In this document: positions 30,302 through 40,620 of the stretch, in pieces
How positions within the stretch are numbered: position 1 is the stretch's first letter
Layout of the letters: every line of letters begins with the position of its first letter
Source of the DNA: Nitrospirota bacterium
Lineage (GTDB): Bacteria > Nitrospirota > UBA9217
Direction of reading: 5' to 3'
NCBI GenBank assembly: GCA_963740085.1
Contig: CAVUCU010000001.1
Span: 128,001-192,000, forward strand
DNA: 64,000 bases
Made by a program: the position numbers and the translations under genes
The notes under the pieces: generated by a model
What the model saw: only the letters and a program-made list of their open reading frames with translations
The model's database searches: none
Told to the model about the DNA's origin: nothing

Positions 30302-30421
30302 AACCGCCCTCCATAACTACGTAAAATTATAGGATATTCGGAAAGGTTTGCATGTTAACATACTGTAGTAAGAATGTAAATAGGATTGTTGCCGGCTGGG
30401 TGACAGCAGAAAAAGGAATTA

Positions 30422-30829
30422 TCAGAGCAGGACAACGAGGTACGCCCATTGCACAAGCAGAAGCATGACCACTCCCGCTCTCACGATATTTTTTTCTTTA
30501 TCAGTGAGACGGAAACTGATCCGGGGAAGATAAAATACAGCGCTCATGAGACCGTAGAATAAATACAGGAGCGCCGAAATCAGGCACAGCGTCATGAGGG
30601 GATTCATGGCAAACGCGGACAGGACATCACCGTGGGACAAGTGCACCAACGCCCGTGTAGAGCCGCAGGTAAGACACGGGATACCGGTCAGTCCCTTGAA
30701 CGCGCAGTCCGGTGCGAACAAGAGGACCGGCTGCAGGCGTCCCACGACAAGCATCACGAGAGCGATTCCTCCGTAGATGATGCCGAATTCTATCTGGTCC
30801 GGGGCCCTCTTTTTCAGGAACAGTTGCAT
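30422..30829 (-). CDS. DUF2752 family membrane protein
   Basis: CAFKGLTGIPCLTCGSTRA...AFAMNP. Confidence 0.88.
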   Translation of the reverse strand: MQLFLKKRAPDQIEFGIIYGGIALVMLVVGRLQPVLLFAPDCAFKGLTGIPCLTCGSTRALVHLSHGDVLSAFAMNPLMTLCLISALLYLFYGLMSAVFYLPRISFRLTDKEKNIVRAGVVMLLLVQWAYLVVLL

Positions 30830-30844
30830 ACCGGCGATCTCACA

Positions 30845-31651
30845 TCACTTATACATTTGCATCACGGCTCCGAAGGATGACGCGAGAGCGCCCATGAACA
30901 AGATAGACGCCAGGATCAACATCCCGCAGCAGAACAGGAAGGGAAAGAGAACGGCAACGGTCGCTTTGCCTCCGGTGGTCTCATGCGCATCCCTGAGCCC
31001 GATCATGGCGAGGGCCAGCACCCACAACATCGTGATCGGCATACCGCAGTACGGAATGACCATGATCAGAAAGGGAGATACGCTGTAGCTTACCACCCGA
31101 AAGGTCGCCTCAAAGCCGGCCTTCTCGCCGCGGACTATCATGAGAAAAAGGTGGAGCATTCCGGACACGACGAACAGCCAGATTATGAGCAGGAAGGGCA
31201 TCATGAGCGTCCCGAGCGGTGATCCGATACCGCCGGACATGCCTTCACCGGCCGCGGTCCTCATCTCAGCGGTCATGAAACCGCGCATGGAATCATGGAG
31301 CAAGAGATCCCACACCGAAAGGAACATCAGCCCCACCGTGCCGATGATCATGGCAAAGAGCAGCGGATCGGTCAATCCGCCGGTCACCGGCATTTTTTTA
31401 AAAAAAGCCGAAGGACTGAACAGGACGTCCCTGACGGTCTTGAAGAGACCGTTGAAAAATCCGTTCGTTGCCCGGTCCTCCCAGTGTGTTTTGTATCTTC
31501 CGCCATCAGGCGAAGCGATGCCGGGTCCGTTATCTTCAGCAACAAGCCTCGTCCCGCAATGCTGACAAAAAGTCTGTCCTTCAAATATTTCATTGCCGCA
31601 GTGTTGACAGAACACGCAACCTCCCATTGATGCAGCGGCTTTCGGCCGCAA
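30845..31651 (-). CDS. Zinc-ribbon plus YIP1-family membrane protein
   Basis: FCQHCG...FCQHCG; VLFSPSAFF; FEATFRVVSY; multiple TM helices. Confidence 0.85.
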   Translation of the reverse strand: MRPKAAASMGGCVFCQHCGNEIFEGQTFCQHCGTRLVAEDNGPGIASPDGGRYKTHWEDRATNGFFNGLFKTVRDVLFSPSAFFKKMPVTGGLTDPLLFAMIIGTVGLMFLSVWDLLLHDSMRGFMTAEMRTAAGEGMSGGIGSPLGTLMMPFLLIIWLFVVSGMLHLFLMIVRGEKAGFEATFRVVSYSVSPFLIMVIPYCGMPITMLWVLALAMIGLRDAHETTGGKATVAVLFPFLFCCGMLILASILFMGALASSFGAVMQMYK

Positions 31652-31681
31652 TCGTAGCTACTCAGGTCAAAAAAATTCAAT

Positions 31682-31780
31682 AGCCGCGAAAGAACGCAAG
31701 GTACGCACAAAGAATTATAAAAACTGAAACTCATGAATCCTGGCTTTTTTTCTTTGAGCTCTTTGAGTTCCTTTGCGGCC
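31682..31780. repeat. Palindromic GCCGCGAAAG-type element
   Basis: GCCGCGAAAGAACGCAAG ... CTTTGAGTTCCTTTGCGGC. Confidence 0.6.
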
Positions 31781-31911
31781 AGCCTTAGTCAAGAAATTTT
31801 ATACTATACAGTAAGGGTTGTCAATTTTAATCACGTCTTGACGGTTTTTTGAGCGGGCGAGAACAATGTTGAAAGAGATATGCGATCCCCTGATTTATTC
31901 GATCAGATGAA

Positions 31912-32406
31912 TTACCCGCTTCCGCACTCACGTGGATCCCCTTTGAGCTTCTCGATCGCATGCGGAAGCGCGGGAAGGATGACCGCTAGGTTCTCACGCA
32001 CTGCCCTGGGACTTCCCGGCAGATTCACGATCAGGGTCTGCTTGCGTATCCCTGCCACGGCCCGGGAGATCATGGCATGAGGCGTCTTCTTGAGGCTTTC
32101 AGCGCGCATGGCCTCTGCCATGCCAGGGAGCTCGCGGTCGATCACTGCCAGCGTAGCCTCGGGTGTCACGTCCCGCGCTGACACGCCTGTGCCTCCCGTG
32201 GTGATGATGAGATCGATAGTTCCGGAATCGGACAACCGGCTCAGCACTTCGGTAATGCGCTGCCGCTCATCAGGAAGGACCTCATAATGACCGACAAGAG
32301 CGTTGATGCCGGTGATCATTTCGCGAATGATCTTTCCGCTCTCGTCCTCGCGTTCTCCTTTTGAGCCTTTGTCGCTCAGGGTTATAACGGCTGCTCGAAT
32401 ATTCAT
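31912..32406 (-). CDS. Molybdopterin adenylyltransferase MogA/MoaB
   Basis: REDESG, TTGGTG, RDVTPEAT, SRAVAG and NLPGSP motifs. Confidence 0.93.
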   Translation of the reverse strand: MNIRAAVITLSDKGSKGEREDESGKIIREMITGINALVGHYEVLPDERQRITEVLSRLSDSGTIDLIITTGGTGVSARDVTPEATLAVIDRELPGMAEAMRAESLKKTPHAMISRAVAGIRKQTLIVNLPGSPRAVRENLAVILPALPHAIEKLKGDPRECGSG

Positions 32407-32539
32407 GTCATCCCCATCCTTGCCAGGATAAATCAGAATTAAAAGGCGTCTCTCGCAAAGGCGCAGAGTTCGCAGAAAAAAGCGCGAAAAATGTTCGAGT
32501 TAAAGCTAATACGTAAAGGTTTTAATTTACTGAGAATCA

Positions 32540-33925
32540 TCACGTCACAACGCCGCCCACGGTGATCTCGGGTATCCGCAGCGTCGGCTGGGCATCGCTC
32601 ACCGGCGACCCCTGCCCGTCCTTGCCGCAAGTCCCGATGGAGAAACCGAGATCGGATCCGACCCGGTCGATGGAGAGAAGGACCTGGGGTCCATTACCCG
32701 TGAGCGTGGCCCCGCGCACCAATTCACCGATCTTCCCGTTCTCGATCAGATATCCTTCGCTCACCTCGAACACAAAATCGCCGTTTACAGTATTTACCTG
32801 CCCACCGCCCATTTTTTTTACAAAAAGACCGTTCGGCGTTGACTGCAGGATGTCTTCAGGATCGGATTCGCCCGGCACGATCATCGTGTTTGTCATCCGG
32901 GGGATCGGCCGGTGTTTGTAGGATTCACGTCTGCCGTTCCCGGTTGACTTCGCTCCGTCTTTCATGGCCGTCAGACGGTCGTACATGAATGTTTTAAGAA
33001 TTCCCTTGTTCACCAGCACCGTGCGTTCCGCATCGACGCCCTCATCATCAAAGCGGAACGACCCGCGCCTGCCTGCAAGCGTTGCGTCGTCCACAACCGT
33101 TATGAGCGATGACGCGATCCGGTCTCCCCTTCTGTTCGAGTAAACCGACAGGCCGGACTGCGCCAGGTCAGCCTCAAGCCCGTGACCGACCGCCTCGTGG
33201 ATCATGGTACCGCCCGCGTCGGAAGAGAGCACAACCGGCATTCTGCCAGCCGGCGCCTTTCTCGCGGAAAGCATCATGATAGCGCGCCGCGCCGCGGTCT
33301 CTGCCGCTTTCTCAAGCGGGTACGCGTCAAAAAGTTCCATGCCGGCAATGCCCCCGATCGGTTCGTACCCGGTCTGGACGATCTCTCCGTCCGCGGCCAC
33401 GACATGGACAAGCGCGGTAAGATACATGCGTTCATCCTCGGCAAGAACACCATCGGAGTTTGCAATAAGGACATGCTGCCGATTCTCCCGGTAGCTCACC
33501 ATGGCTTGCCGTATGCGCGGGTCGAACGACCGTGCTACCCTGTTCGCCTGGAGCACCATCGCCACCTTCCGGGAGGTATCCACCCCTTCCGGGGCCTGTC
33601 TGACCGGCAGATCGACAAGCGGATTCGCCCTTATCAAGGCGACCGCTGGATGATGGACGTCCCCTGCCGCGGCGTGCCGGACAGCGTCGGCCATTTCAAG
33701 CAGCGACTCGGTCGTCAGTTCATTGGTATACGCGTAGGCCGTCCTCTGGCCGAAGATAAGCCGGACTCCGGCGCCCCGGTCCAGTCCGGATATTACCTTT
33801 TCAAGCCTGCGGTCCTCGCATATGAGCGAGAGCGGCGCGCTCTGTTCAACAAAAACGTCCGCGAACTCTCCTCCGTTCTTCAAGGCCCTTTTCAGAACCG
33901 CACCAAGATCTATATTTACGTCCAC
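32540..33925 (-). CDS. tldD: TldD metalloprotease
   Basis: HEAVGHGLEAD, DDEG, PRMTNT and CGKDGQ motifs; GTG start after AGAGGAG. Confidence 0.93.
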   Translation of the reverse strand: MDVNIDLGAVLKRALKNGGEFADVFVEQSAPLSLICEDRRLEKVISGLDRGAGVRLIFGQRTAYAYTNELTTESLLEMADAVRHAAAGDVHHPAVALIRANPLVDLPVRQAPEGVDTSRKVAMVLQANRVARSFDPRIRQAMVSYRENRQHVLIANSDGVLAEDERMYLTALVHVVAADGEIVQTGYEPIGGIAGMELFDAYPLEKAAETAARRAIMMLSARKAPAGRMPVVLSSDAGGTMIHEAVGHGLEADLAQSGLSVYSNRRGDRIASSLITVVDDATLAGRRGSFRFDDEGVDAERTVLVNKGILKTFMYDRLTAMKDGAKSTGNGRRESYKHRPIPRMTNTMIVPGESDPEDILQSTPNGLFVKKMGGGQVNTVNGDFVFEVSEGYLIENGKIGELVRGATLTGNGPQVLLSIDRVGSDLGFSIGTCGKDGQGSPVSDAQPTLRIPEITVGGVVT

Positions 33926-34177
33926 CGTTTCTCCTCTGCTCGCATCGCGCCCTGACGCGCATTGTAACTTTTTCCCATCATATGGCAATCTAAATACAAT
34001 TGCAACTTTTTATCATCGTGAAAATCGTTACAATGCAGGGCAGATGGACTGAAGTGCATTCCGCCTTTGTACCTGTTGCTGATAAAACCATTTTTTCTGT
34101 TGACAAAACAGACAATAGCGGCTAACCTTTTCTTGTTTTTGATGTCTCCCTCGTAATAGAGGATATTTTAATACACC

Positions 34178-34549
34178 ATGAAAAAACAAAAGAAAATACT
34201 GATAGCGGACGATAATGAGAATATCCGGGAAGCCCTCACCTCTATCCTCGAGGATGAAGGGTACGCATTGTGGATAGCAAAGGACGGAGCAGAAGCACTC
34301 AGGAAAGTCAGGGAGGTTTCTCCGGATATCCTTATCCTCGACGTCACGATGCCGGAGATCAGCGGTTATGACGTCTGCCGTACCATCAAGAACGACCCAA
34401 ACCTCAAAAATATCTACATCCTGATGCTGAGTGCCAAAGGGCAGGCAACAAAGCAGGAGCACGGCAAAGAAGTCGGTGCGGACGAATACATCGCAAAACC
34501 CTTCAGCCCGAGTGAAATACTCGCCCGGATTAAAAAATGTTCTGAATGA
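34178..34549 (+). CDS. Single-domain response regulator
   Basis: ILIADD, ILDVTMP and YIAKPF motifs. Confidence 0.9.
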   Translation: MKKQKKILIADDNENIREALTSILEDEGYALWIAKDGAEALRKVREVSPDILILDVTMPEISGYDVCRTIKNDPNLKNIYILMLSAKGQATKQEHGKEVGADEYIAKPFSPSEILARIKKCSE

Positions 34550-34689
34550 ACAACATGGCTGTCTCGACCTCCTAAAAAAAGCAGGGCCGGATGATCGGTG
34601 AAGAATCGCCGGTGAGCTTGACGGGCAGTGAACTTCACCTCTCGTCGCTGATACCGGGGTAGTAATTACCCAGCATAATCCGGGTCGAA

Positions 34690-34746
34690 TGCGGGTTTAA
34701 CTGCGGGTTTAACTGCTTGACTTTCCCCCGCTTTTCGATGTAAATT
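34690..34746 (+). promoter_or_regulatory. Putative sigma70 promoter preceded by a 12-bp tandem repeat
   Basis: TGCGGGTTTAAC x2 (34690-34713), TTGACT (34717), 18-bp spacer, TAAATT (34741), ATG at 34752. Confidence 0.4.
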
Positions 34747-34751
34747 ATTCC

Positions 34752-36992
34752 ATGTTTCAACGCGTCATTCATATCCTCAAGCAAAAAGAGCTCCTTTCCC
34801 CCACGGTAATCATCCTGTCGCTTCTGGTCGTACTCTCGATCATCATCATTCTTGGACAGTTCTTTCACCAGACACTTCAGGAAGAGATGGCCTCACAGTT
34901 CAACCAACAGCAGCTCCTGCTTGCCCGCGAAGTGGCGATAAACATAGAAAGCTTCATCGACCATGTGTCCAAGAATATCCGGGTCATCTCTCGACTCCCG
35001 GAGCTGGATCGTATCCATCTCAGCCCCCGTAGTCGAGCTGTCGCTGAATCGATCAATATCGGCTTACAAAACAAAGCATTAGACACCATCCAGGTTCTTA
35101 ACAAAGAAGGCATCGTACTCTACGACAGCACGTATCCCCGGAAGGAAGGTGAGAACTTATCGCGGACCGATTATTTCCAGAAAGCGAGGCTCCTGCCTGA
35201 CAACGAAAGACTCATTACCGATATTATGGATGTTCACAATGGGAATAATCCGGACAAGAAAGAGTTCATCGTAGCCACCCCTATTTATCGGCATGATTCA
35301 AATCACCCCGTCGCTGAATTCAGAGGTATCGTGCTTGCAGTGCTCTCCGTTGACGGCATCACTCAAAAATATCTTTTGCCGATCAAGTCAGGCACGCGCG
35401 GTTATGCCTGGATGATGGATGCCGATGGAACGTTGCTTTATCATCCCACTCAACCCTCGATGGTGGGCAGGAACCTTTATCAATCCAATCGGTCGTGTTT
35501 CCAGTGTCACAAGTCATTCGATGCCGAGAAAAAGATGATGGAAGAGAAATCGGAGACCGTTGGATTTTACGAGGCCCCGGGAGGAGTTAACAAACTTGCG
35601 GCATTCTACCGGTTTCCGATCGCAAGAAAATCATGGATCGTCGTTGTGTCAGCGCCATACTCCGACGTGATCGCGCTCATGCAGAAGAGCAGACGGTTCT
35701 ATTCTCTTCTGATCCTGTCGATTTTCATCACCACGCTGGTTGCTTCGATCACCACGATCATCAACTATAAAAGGAAGATCAAGGCCGAAGAGAAGGCCAA
35801 GCATTTCGAGAACCAGCGCAGGCTGGAACGCGAAATAGAAATCCAGAAGGATTACCTGGAGAACATCATCGAGAACACGAAAACCAACCTCCTGGTCCTT
35901 GACAGAGACCTCAAAGTCAAGACTTTGAACACCGCCCAGGCGAAGACGTTCAGTCGGCCGAAACAGGACATCCTCAACTGCCAGTTCTTCACCCTCTTCC
36001 CCGACAATCTCCAGGCATACGAAGGCATTCCCTTCGAGGCGCTGCTTCATAAAACACTTGAGGGACACAGCTTTGCGATCAAAGATTACGGGATAACAGC
36101 CCTTGACACGGCCCCAATCTATCTGGATATGAATATCAGTCCGCTCATCATCGAAGGAACGATTTCCGGCATCCTGATATCGAGCAACAACGTCACGACG
36201 CGGTTCCACCTGGAGGAGGCCCTCAAACAGTACACGGTGGAGCTCGAGGACAAGGTCGACAAGGGGACCGCAACGGCGAAAAATCTCGAACAGCAGATCA
36301 TGCACTCGGAAAAACTTGCCGCGCTTGGCAGGCTCGCGGCCGGTGTCGCCCACGAGATCGGCAATCCCCTCACCTCGATCTCGACCTTTGCCCAGTTGCT
36401 CCGGGAACTGGCAACTGACGACTTTTCACGGAACAGCCTCGACATCATCAATAACCACATTCAGCGGATCAGCGATATCGTGCGGCGGATGTCCGCTTTC
36501 GCGCGGGCCGATTCTCTCAAAATAAAATCCGTGCAGATCAATGACGTTCTGCAGTCGACCCTCGAACTCATGCGTCTCGACAAGCGAATGAAAAACACGA
36601 TCAAAATTTCTCCTGCTTTTGATCCAGACCTCCCCAAGACCATGATCGATGAAGGTCAGGCGTCCCAGGTGTTCATCAATATCATCCTTAACGCCCTGGA
36701 TGCGATGCCGGAGGGCGGGAAACTGACGATTACGACGAGACAGGAACGGAACGCTTCTGGAAAGGATTCAATCGTTATCGAAGTGGAGGACACCGGCATT
36801 GGGATCCCCACGAGGGATCTTGAAAAGATTTTCGATCCTTTTTACACGACCAAGGAAGTGGGCACGGGCACCGGTCTCGGTCTTTCGCTGAGCTATAATA
36901 TCGTCAAGCGGTTCAAAGGCGACATCAGGGTGGAGAGCGAAGTCGGCAAAGGGACGATATTCACCATCATTCTTCCGGTTGAACACGAGTAA
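34752..36992 (+). CDS. Sensor histidine kinase (Cache-like periplasmic domain with a CxxCH motif, PAS, HisKA, HATPase)
   Basis: Two TM helices; YAWMMDADGTLLYHP then CFQCH; H-box AHEIGNPL; NALDAM, DTGIG and GTGLGL motifs. Confidence 0.93.
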   Translation: MFQRVIHILKQKELLSPTVIILSLLVVLSIIIILGQFFHQTLQEEMASQFNQQQLLLAREVAINIESFIDHVSKNIRVISRLPELDRIHLSPRSRAVAESINIGLQNKALDTIQVLNKEGIVLYDSTYPRKEGENLSRTDYFQKARLLPDNERLITDIMDVHNGNNPDKKEFIVATPIYRHDSNHPVAEFRGIVLAVLSVDGITQKYLLPIKSGTRGYAWMMDADGTLLYHPTQPSMVGRNLYQSNRSCFQCHKSFDAEKKMMEEKSETVGFYEAPGGVNKLAAFYRFPIARKSWIVVVSAPYSDVIALMQKSRRFYSLLILSIFITTLVASITTIINYKRKIKAEEKAKHFENQRRLEREIEIQKDYLENIIENTKTNLLVLDRDLKVKTLNTAQAKTFSRPKQDILNCQFFTLFPDNLQAYEGIPFEALLHKTLEGHSFAIKDYGITALDTAPIYLDMNISPLIIEGTISGILISSNNVTTRFHLEEALKQYTVELEDKVDKGTATAKNLEQQIMHSEKLAALGRLAAGVAHEIGNPLTSISTFAQLLRELATDDFSRNSLDIINNHIQRISDIVRRMSAFARADSLKIKSVQINDVLQSTLELMRLDKRMKNTIKISPAFDPDLPKTMIDEGQASQVFINIILNALDAMPEGGKLTITTRQERNASGKDSIVIEVEDTGIGIPTRDLEKIFDPFYTTKEVGTGTGLGLSLSYNIVKRFKGDIRVESEVGKGTIFTIILPVEHE

Positions 36993-37007
36993 AGGGAGAC
37001 GGCTGTC

Positions 37008-38366
37008 ATGGACAAAAAAAAGATTCTGGTCGTCGACGATGAAAAAGACATCTGCATGGCCTTGAACATCATCCTCACCAAGGAGGGATACGAGGTCAAG
37101 GAAGCGTACAATGGCGAGCAGGCGCTGGACCGCATCAAGCAGGAAAACTTTGACATCATCATGACCGACATCAAGATGGAGAAGATGGACGGATTCGAGG
37201 TCCTGAAGCAGGCACAGCAAATAAGCCCGGAGACATCGGTCGTCATGATGACGGCCTTTGCCTCCGTCGTGTCCGCGGTCGAGGCCATGCGCGCAGGCGC
37301 TGTGGACTACATTACCAAGCCATTCATCAACGATGAGATCAGGATGACCATCAAGAACATCCTGCAAAGCCGTCAGCTCCAGATGGAGAACCAGATACTG
37401 CGGCAGGAGCTGAGTCAGCGGCAGACCGCCTTCACCAACATCATCGGGAGCTCGGAACCCATGCAGAAGGTCTTCTCGGTCATGGGAAAAGTGATCCCGA
37501 ATAAGAGCAATATCCTGATCACCGGTGAAAGCGGGACAGGCAAGGGACTTGTTGCCCAGGCGATCCATGAGGCGGGACCCCGCAAAACGAAGCCTTTTAT
37601 CGCCATCAACTGCGGGGCCATCCCGGAGAACCTGCTCGAGAGCGAGCTCTTCGGCCACAAAAAAGGAGCCTTCACGTCGGCCAACGAGGACAAAAAAGGC
37701 CTCATCACCATGGCGCACACCGGCACCTTGTTCCTGGACGAGATCGGAGAACTGCCCCAGGCGCTCCAGGTCAAACTGCTTCATATCATTCAGACCAAGG
37801 AACTCACCCCTGTCGGCGACACGCGGGTCATCACCGTGGAGGTCAGGATCATCGCAGCCACGAATGCCGACCTTATGCAGCGTGTGAAGGAAGGACGTTT
37901 TCGGGAAGATCTCTACTATCGTTTGAACGTCATCGAGATCCACATGCCGTCGCTGCGCGAGCGCCGTGACGATATTCCGTTGCTCATCAAACATTATCTT
38001 GCGATCTCCGCAAAGGAAGCGGGAAAGAAGATCAAGGACATTGATTATGAGGCAATGCAGGCCCTGCTCGCCTATGACTGGCCGGGCAACATCAGGGAAC
38101 TGAGAAATACGATCGAGCGTGCAACCGTGCTCGCGGACGGGGAAGTGATCACCATTCACGACCTGCCGGACAACTTCAGGACCCTGGACATTGAAGGGGT
38201 TTCGACCTCATCGCTTAAGCAGGCGATCGATGAATTTGAGCGTGAGTATATACGAAGAAGCATGACGGAATGCAAGGGGAACAAGGAAGCGGCGGCGAAC
38301 AAGCTCGGAGTCGACCTTGCAACCTTATATCGGAAACTGAAAAAGCTCAGAATCGAGACGGCGTAG
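37008..38366 (+). CDS. Sigma54-dependent response regulator
   Basis: REC domain, GESGTGK, GAFTSA, WPGNIRELRN and HTH. Confidence 0.95.
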   Translation: MDKKKILVVDDEKDICMALNIILTKEGYEVKEAYNGEQALDRIKQENFDIIMTDIKMEKMDGFEVLKQAQQISPETSVVMMTAFASVVSAVEAMRAGAVDYITKPFINDEIRMTIKNILQSRQLQMENQILRQELSQRQTAFTNIIGSSEPMQKVFSVMGKVIPNKSNILITGESGTGKGLVAQAIHEAGPRKTKPFIAINCGAIPENLLESELFGHKKGAFTSANEDKKGLITMAHTGTLFLDEIGELPQALQVKLLHIIQTKELTPVGDTRVITVEVRIIAATNADLMQRVKEGRFREDLYYRLNVIEIHMPSLRERRDDIPLLIKHYLAISAKEAGKKIKDIDYEAMQALLAYDWPGNIRELRNTIERATVLADGEVITIHDLPDNFRTLDIEGVSTSSLKQAIDEFEREYIRRSMTECKGNKEAAANKLGVDLATLYRKLKKLRIETA

Positions 38367-38370
38367 CGTT

Positions 38371-38598
38371 TCAGACCCCCTCCCCTGATCCCCAGTCCGG
38401 AAATCGTTCAACCTCCCTTTTTTCACTGTCTCCCTTGAGTGTTATGGTTCCTACCGATGATACCGGGAGCGCGATCCACTGCGTCGAGCTTTTAAGATGC
38501 ACTTCAACATCTGAGACCTCGATCAACACGCCCGCGTATTTCATTCCGTTCGCGATGACCTCGACTTCCTTGCCGATCATTGATTGAATATCAGGCAT
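38371..38598 (-). CDS. Small hypothetical protein, Sm/LSm-like beta pattern
   Basis: RBS GGGAGG; MIGKEVEVIANGMKYAGVLIEVSDVEVHLK. Confidence 0.65.
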   Translation of the reverse strand: MPDIQSMIGKEVEVIANGMKYAGVLIEVSDVEVHLKSSTQWIALPVSSVGTITLKGDSEKREVERFPDWGSGEGV

Positions 38599-38639
38599 AC
38601 AAACCTCCCCTTTCTACCTGTCTTCTGTCTCCTGCCTCA

Positions 38640-39956
38640 TTATATCTCAAGTTTACCCCATCGCTCTTTACGATACCTCCAAAGCAATAGGGACATTCGT
38701 ACGATCCAATCTACGATCATCACCGACCACACATAACGGATGTCGGCTTTCACGACCACTGCCAAAAGGGCCGCAGCAGGCAGCCGGACGAACCACATGC
38801 CTGCAATGGTGGCGAACATGATGAAACCCGTGTCCCCTGCCCCGCGGAGCGACCCTCCGACCACCATGGTTATGGCAAGCGGGATCTGGGCGAACGCAAC
38901 GATCTTCATATACAGGATACCATATTTAAGAACGGCGGGGTCGCTCGTGAAGATCCGCAGGAGCACGTAGGGGAAGAAAAAGAACACGAGCCCCATGGCG
39001 GCCATCAGTATGACGGCAAGCCGGTTGGCTTCATATGCAGAGATCCGGGCGCGCTCCGACTTTCCGGCCCCGAGGTTCTGTCCCACCATGGTCGCTGCGG
39101 CAACAGCGATGCCATAACCGGGCATGAAGGAGAAGGCCTCGATGGCCAGTCCAACCTGATGCGCTGCGTATACCGCGGTCCCGTAGAGCAGTACCACCTT
39201 GGCAAAGACGAGAGAGCCCGTGTTCTGGAGCAGCCGATCGATGAAGATGGGGTAGCCTATCTTGAACGTCATGGCAGTGTACTTCATCTCAAGGTCCCTG
39301 TTGATGATGATATAGCGTTTGTGCAGGGAGCGGATGAACAGAAAGACCGCCCCCATGCTTTCAGAGACCGCGATCGCGATGGCCGCGCCCTTGACCCCGA
39401 GTTTCGGCTGCCCGAGATATCCATAGATCAACGGATAGGCCACGGCCACATGAATGATGTTCACGATCAAGGTCGCGTAAAGAGGGGTTTTCGTGTCGCC
39501 GGTGCCGTGCATGATACCGGCGAGCACATTGACCGCGATCGTGAAGAAGATAAAAGTAAAGATGATGTCCGTGTAATCCAGCAGGATGGCCTGCACCTCG
39601 TTATTTGCACCGAGGAACGAAGCGACCGTTCCGCCGAACGATCGTCCGATGACGGTGATGAGGACAGCCGCCCCGATCGCGATCAGCATTGCCTGATATG
39701 ACGCCTTTGCCGCGTCCCCTTTCCGTCCAGCGCCCCACAACTGGGCGACCTGCACGGTGACCCCGACATTGATGCCCCAGGACAAGCTCATGACCACAAA
39801 GACCATGATCTGCGCAATACCTACCGCCGCGATAGAAGAAGCGCCCAATCCGCCGACCAGAAATATATCGACGATCCCGACAGACCGCTGGAGCAGACTC
39901 GAGAGGACAACGGGAAGTGCAAGGGAAAAGACCTGCTGTCGGACGCTGGTTTGCAT
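38640..39956 (-). CDS. MATE family efflux transporter
   Basis: About 12 TM helices; LALPVVL, GTGDTKTP, GQNLGAG and LRGAGDT motifs. Confidence 0.93.
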   Translation of the reverse strand: MQTSVRQQVFSLALPVVLSSLLQRSVGIVDIFLVGGLGASSIAAVGIAQIMVFVVMSLSWGINVGVTVQVAQLWGAGRKGDAAKASYQAMLIAIGAAVLITVIGRSFGGTVASFLGANNEVQAILLDYTDIIFTFIFFTIAVNVLAGIMHGTGDTKTPLYATLIVNIIHVAVAYPLIYGYLGQPKLGVKGAAIAIAVSESMGAVFLFIRSLHKRYIIINRDLEMKYTAMTFKIGYPIFIDRLLQNTGSLVFAKVVLLYGTAVYAAHQVGLAIEAFSFMPGYGIAVAAATMVGQNLGAGKSERARISAYEANRLAVILMAAMGLVFFFFPYVLLRIFTSDPAVLKYGILYMKIVAFAQIPLAITMVVGGSLRGAGDTGFIMFATIAGMWFVRLPAAALLAVVVKADIRYVWSVMIVDWIVRMSLLLWRYRKERWGKLEI

Positions 39957-40620
39957 GATGTTTTTTATTATGGTGATGTTTCCGACATAGTGATATATGC
40001 CTTGGCGATGTTTACAAAGCCTTTTTGTTGCCGCGCGAACTGTCGTTATATTTCGTTAAAACCGATTAATGTTACGCGACGTTGAGTGGCGGGGTTGTGG
40101 ATTTCAGTTGTTCATCCGGTTTTCGAATAGTGCCGACAATCGCAAGCTTACCTGTCACCCTTCAACAATGGGCAATGAACAAGAAACGCACAACACCTGT
40201 TGTGGACTATGGTCACGAACAATTGAATTCAGCAGCCGGCGATGTATTTCGCCGGAATGGTATCTCAGGCTGCATCACGATGAGTCCCCTGACGGAGGGA
40301 GCGCCTGCTCGAGAGCGATCGGTGTCCCCTCGATCGCTTCCAATGGGCCCACTTTTAGCCTGGTCCCTGAGCGCGCCAGGACCATAATCCGGTGCAATCC
40401 GATCTCAAGGGATTGTTTCTCCCGATAGTCGAGGGTATCGTATTTTAGAGGAAAGGGCAAGAAGAAATGTCTTCAAGTACGTGGTGCAAAACTGTTGGAC
40501 CTGTTCAGCGTTTTGAGTCAGGGAAGCTCAGTTCCTCGCTTTATCTTGCATCAATCAAATAAAACACGCTGAGGTCACCATACGGGAATTAGCCGTTAAC
40601 GTAGTGCTCATACACCCGTC

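Noticed and set aside
40082-40387. ORF containing VVDYGHEQL, faintly like a Mu-type phage protease motif
   Set aside because: Single short motif, no RBS and no phage context.
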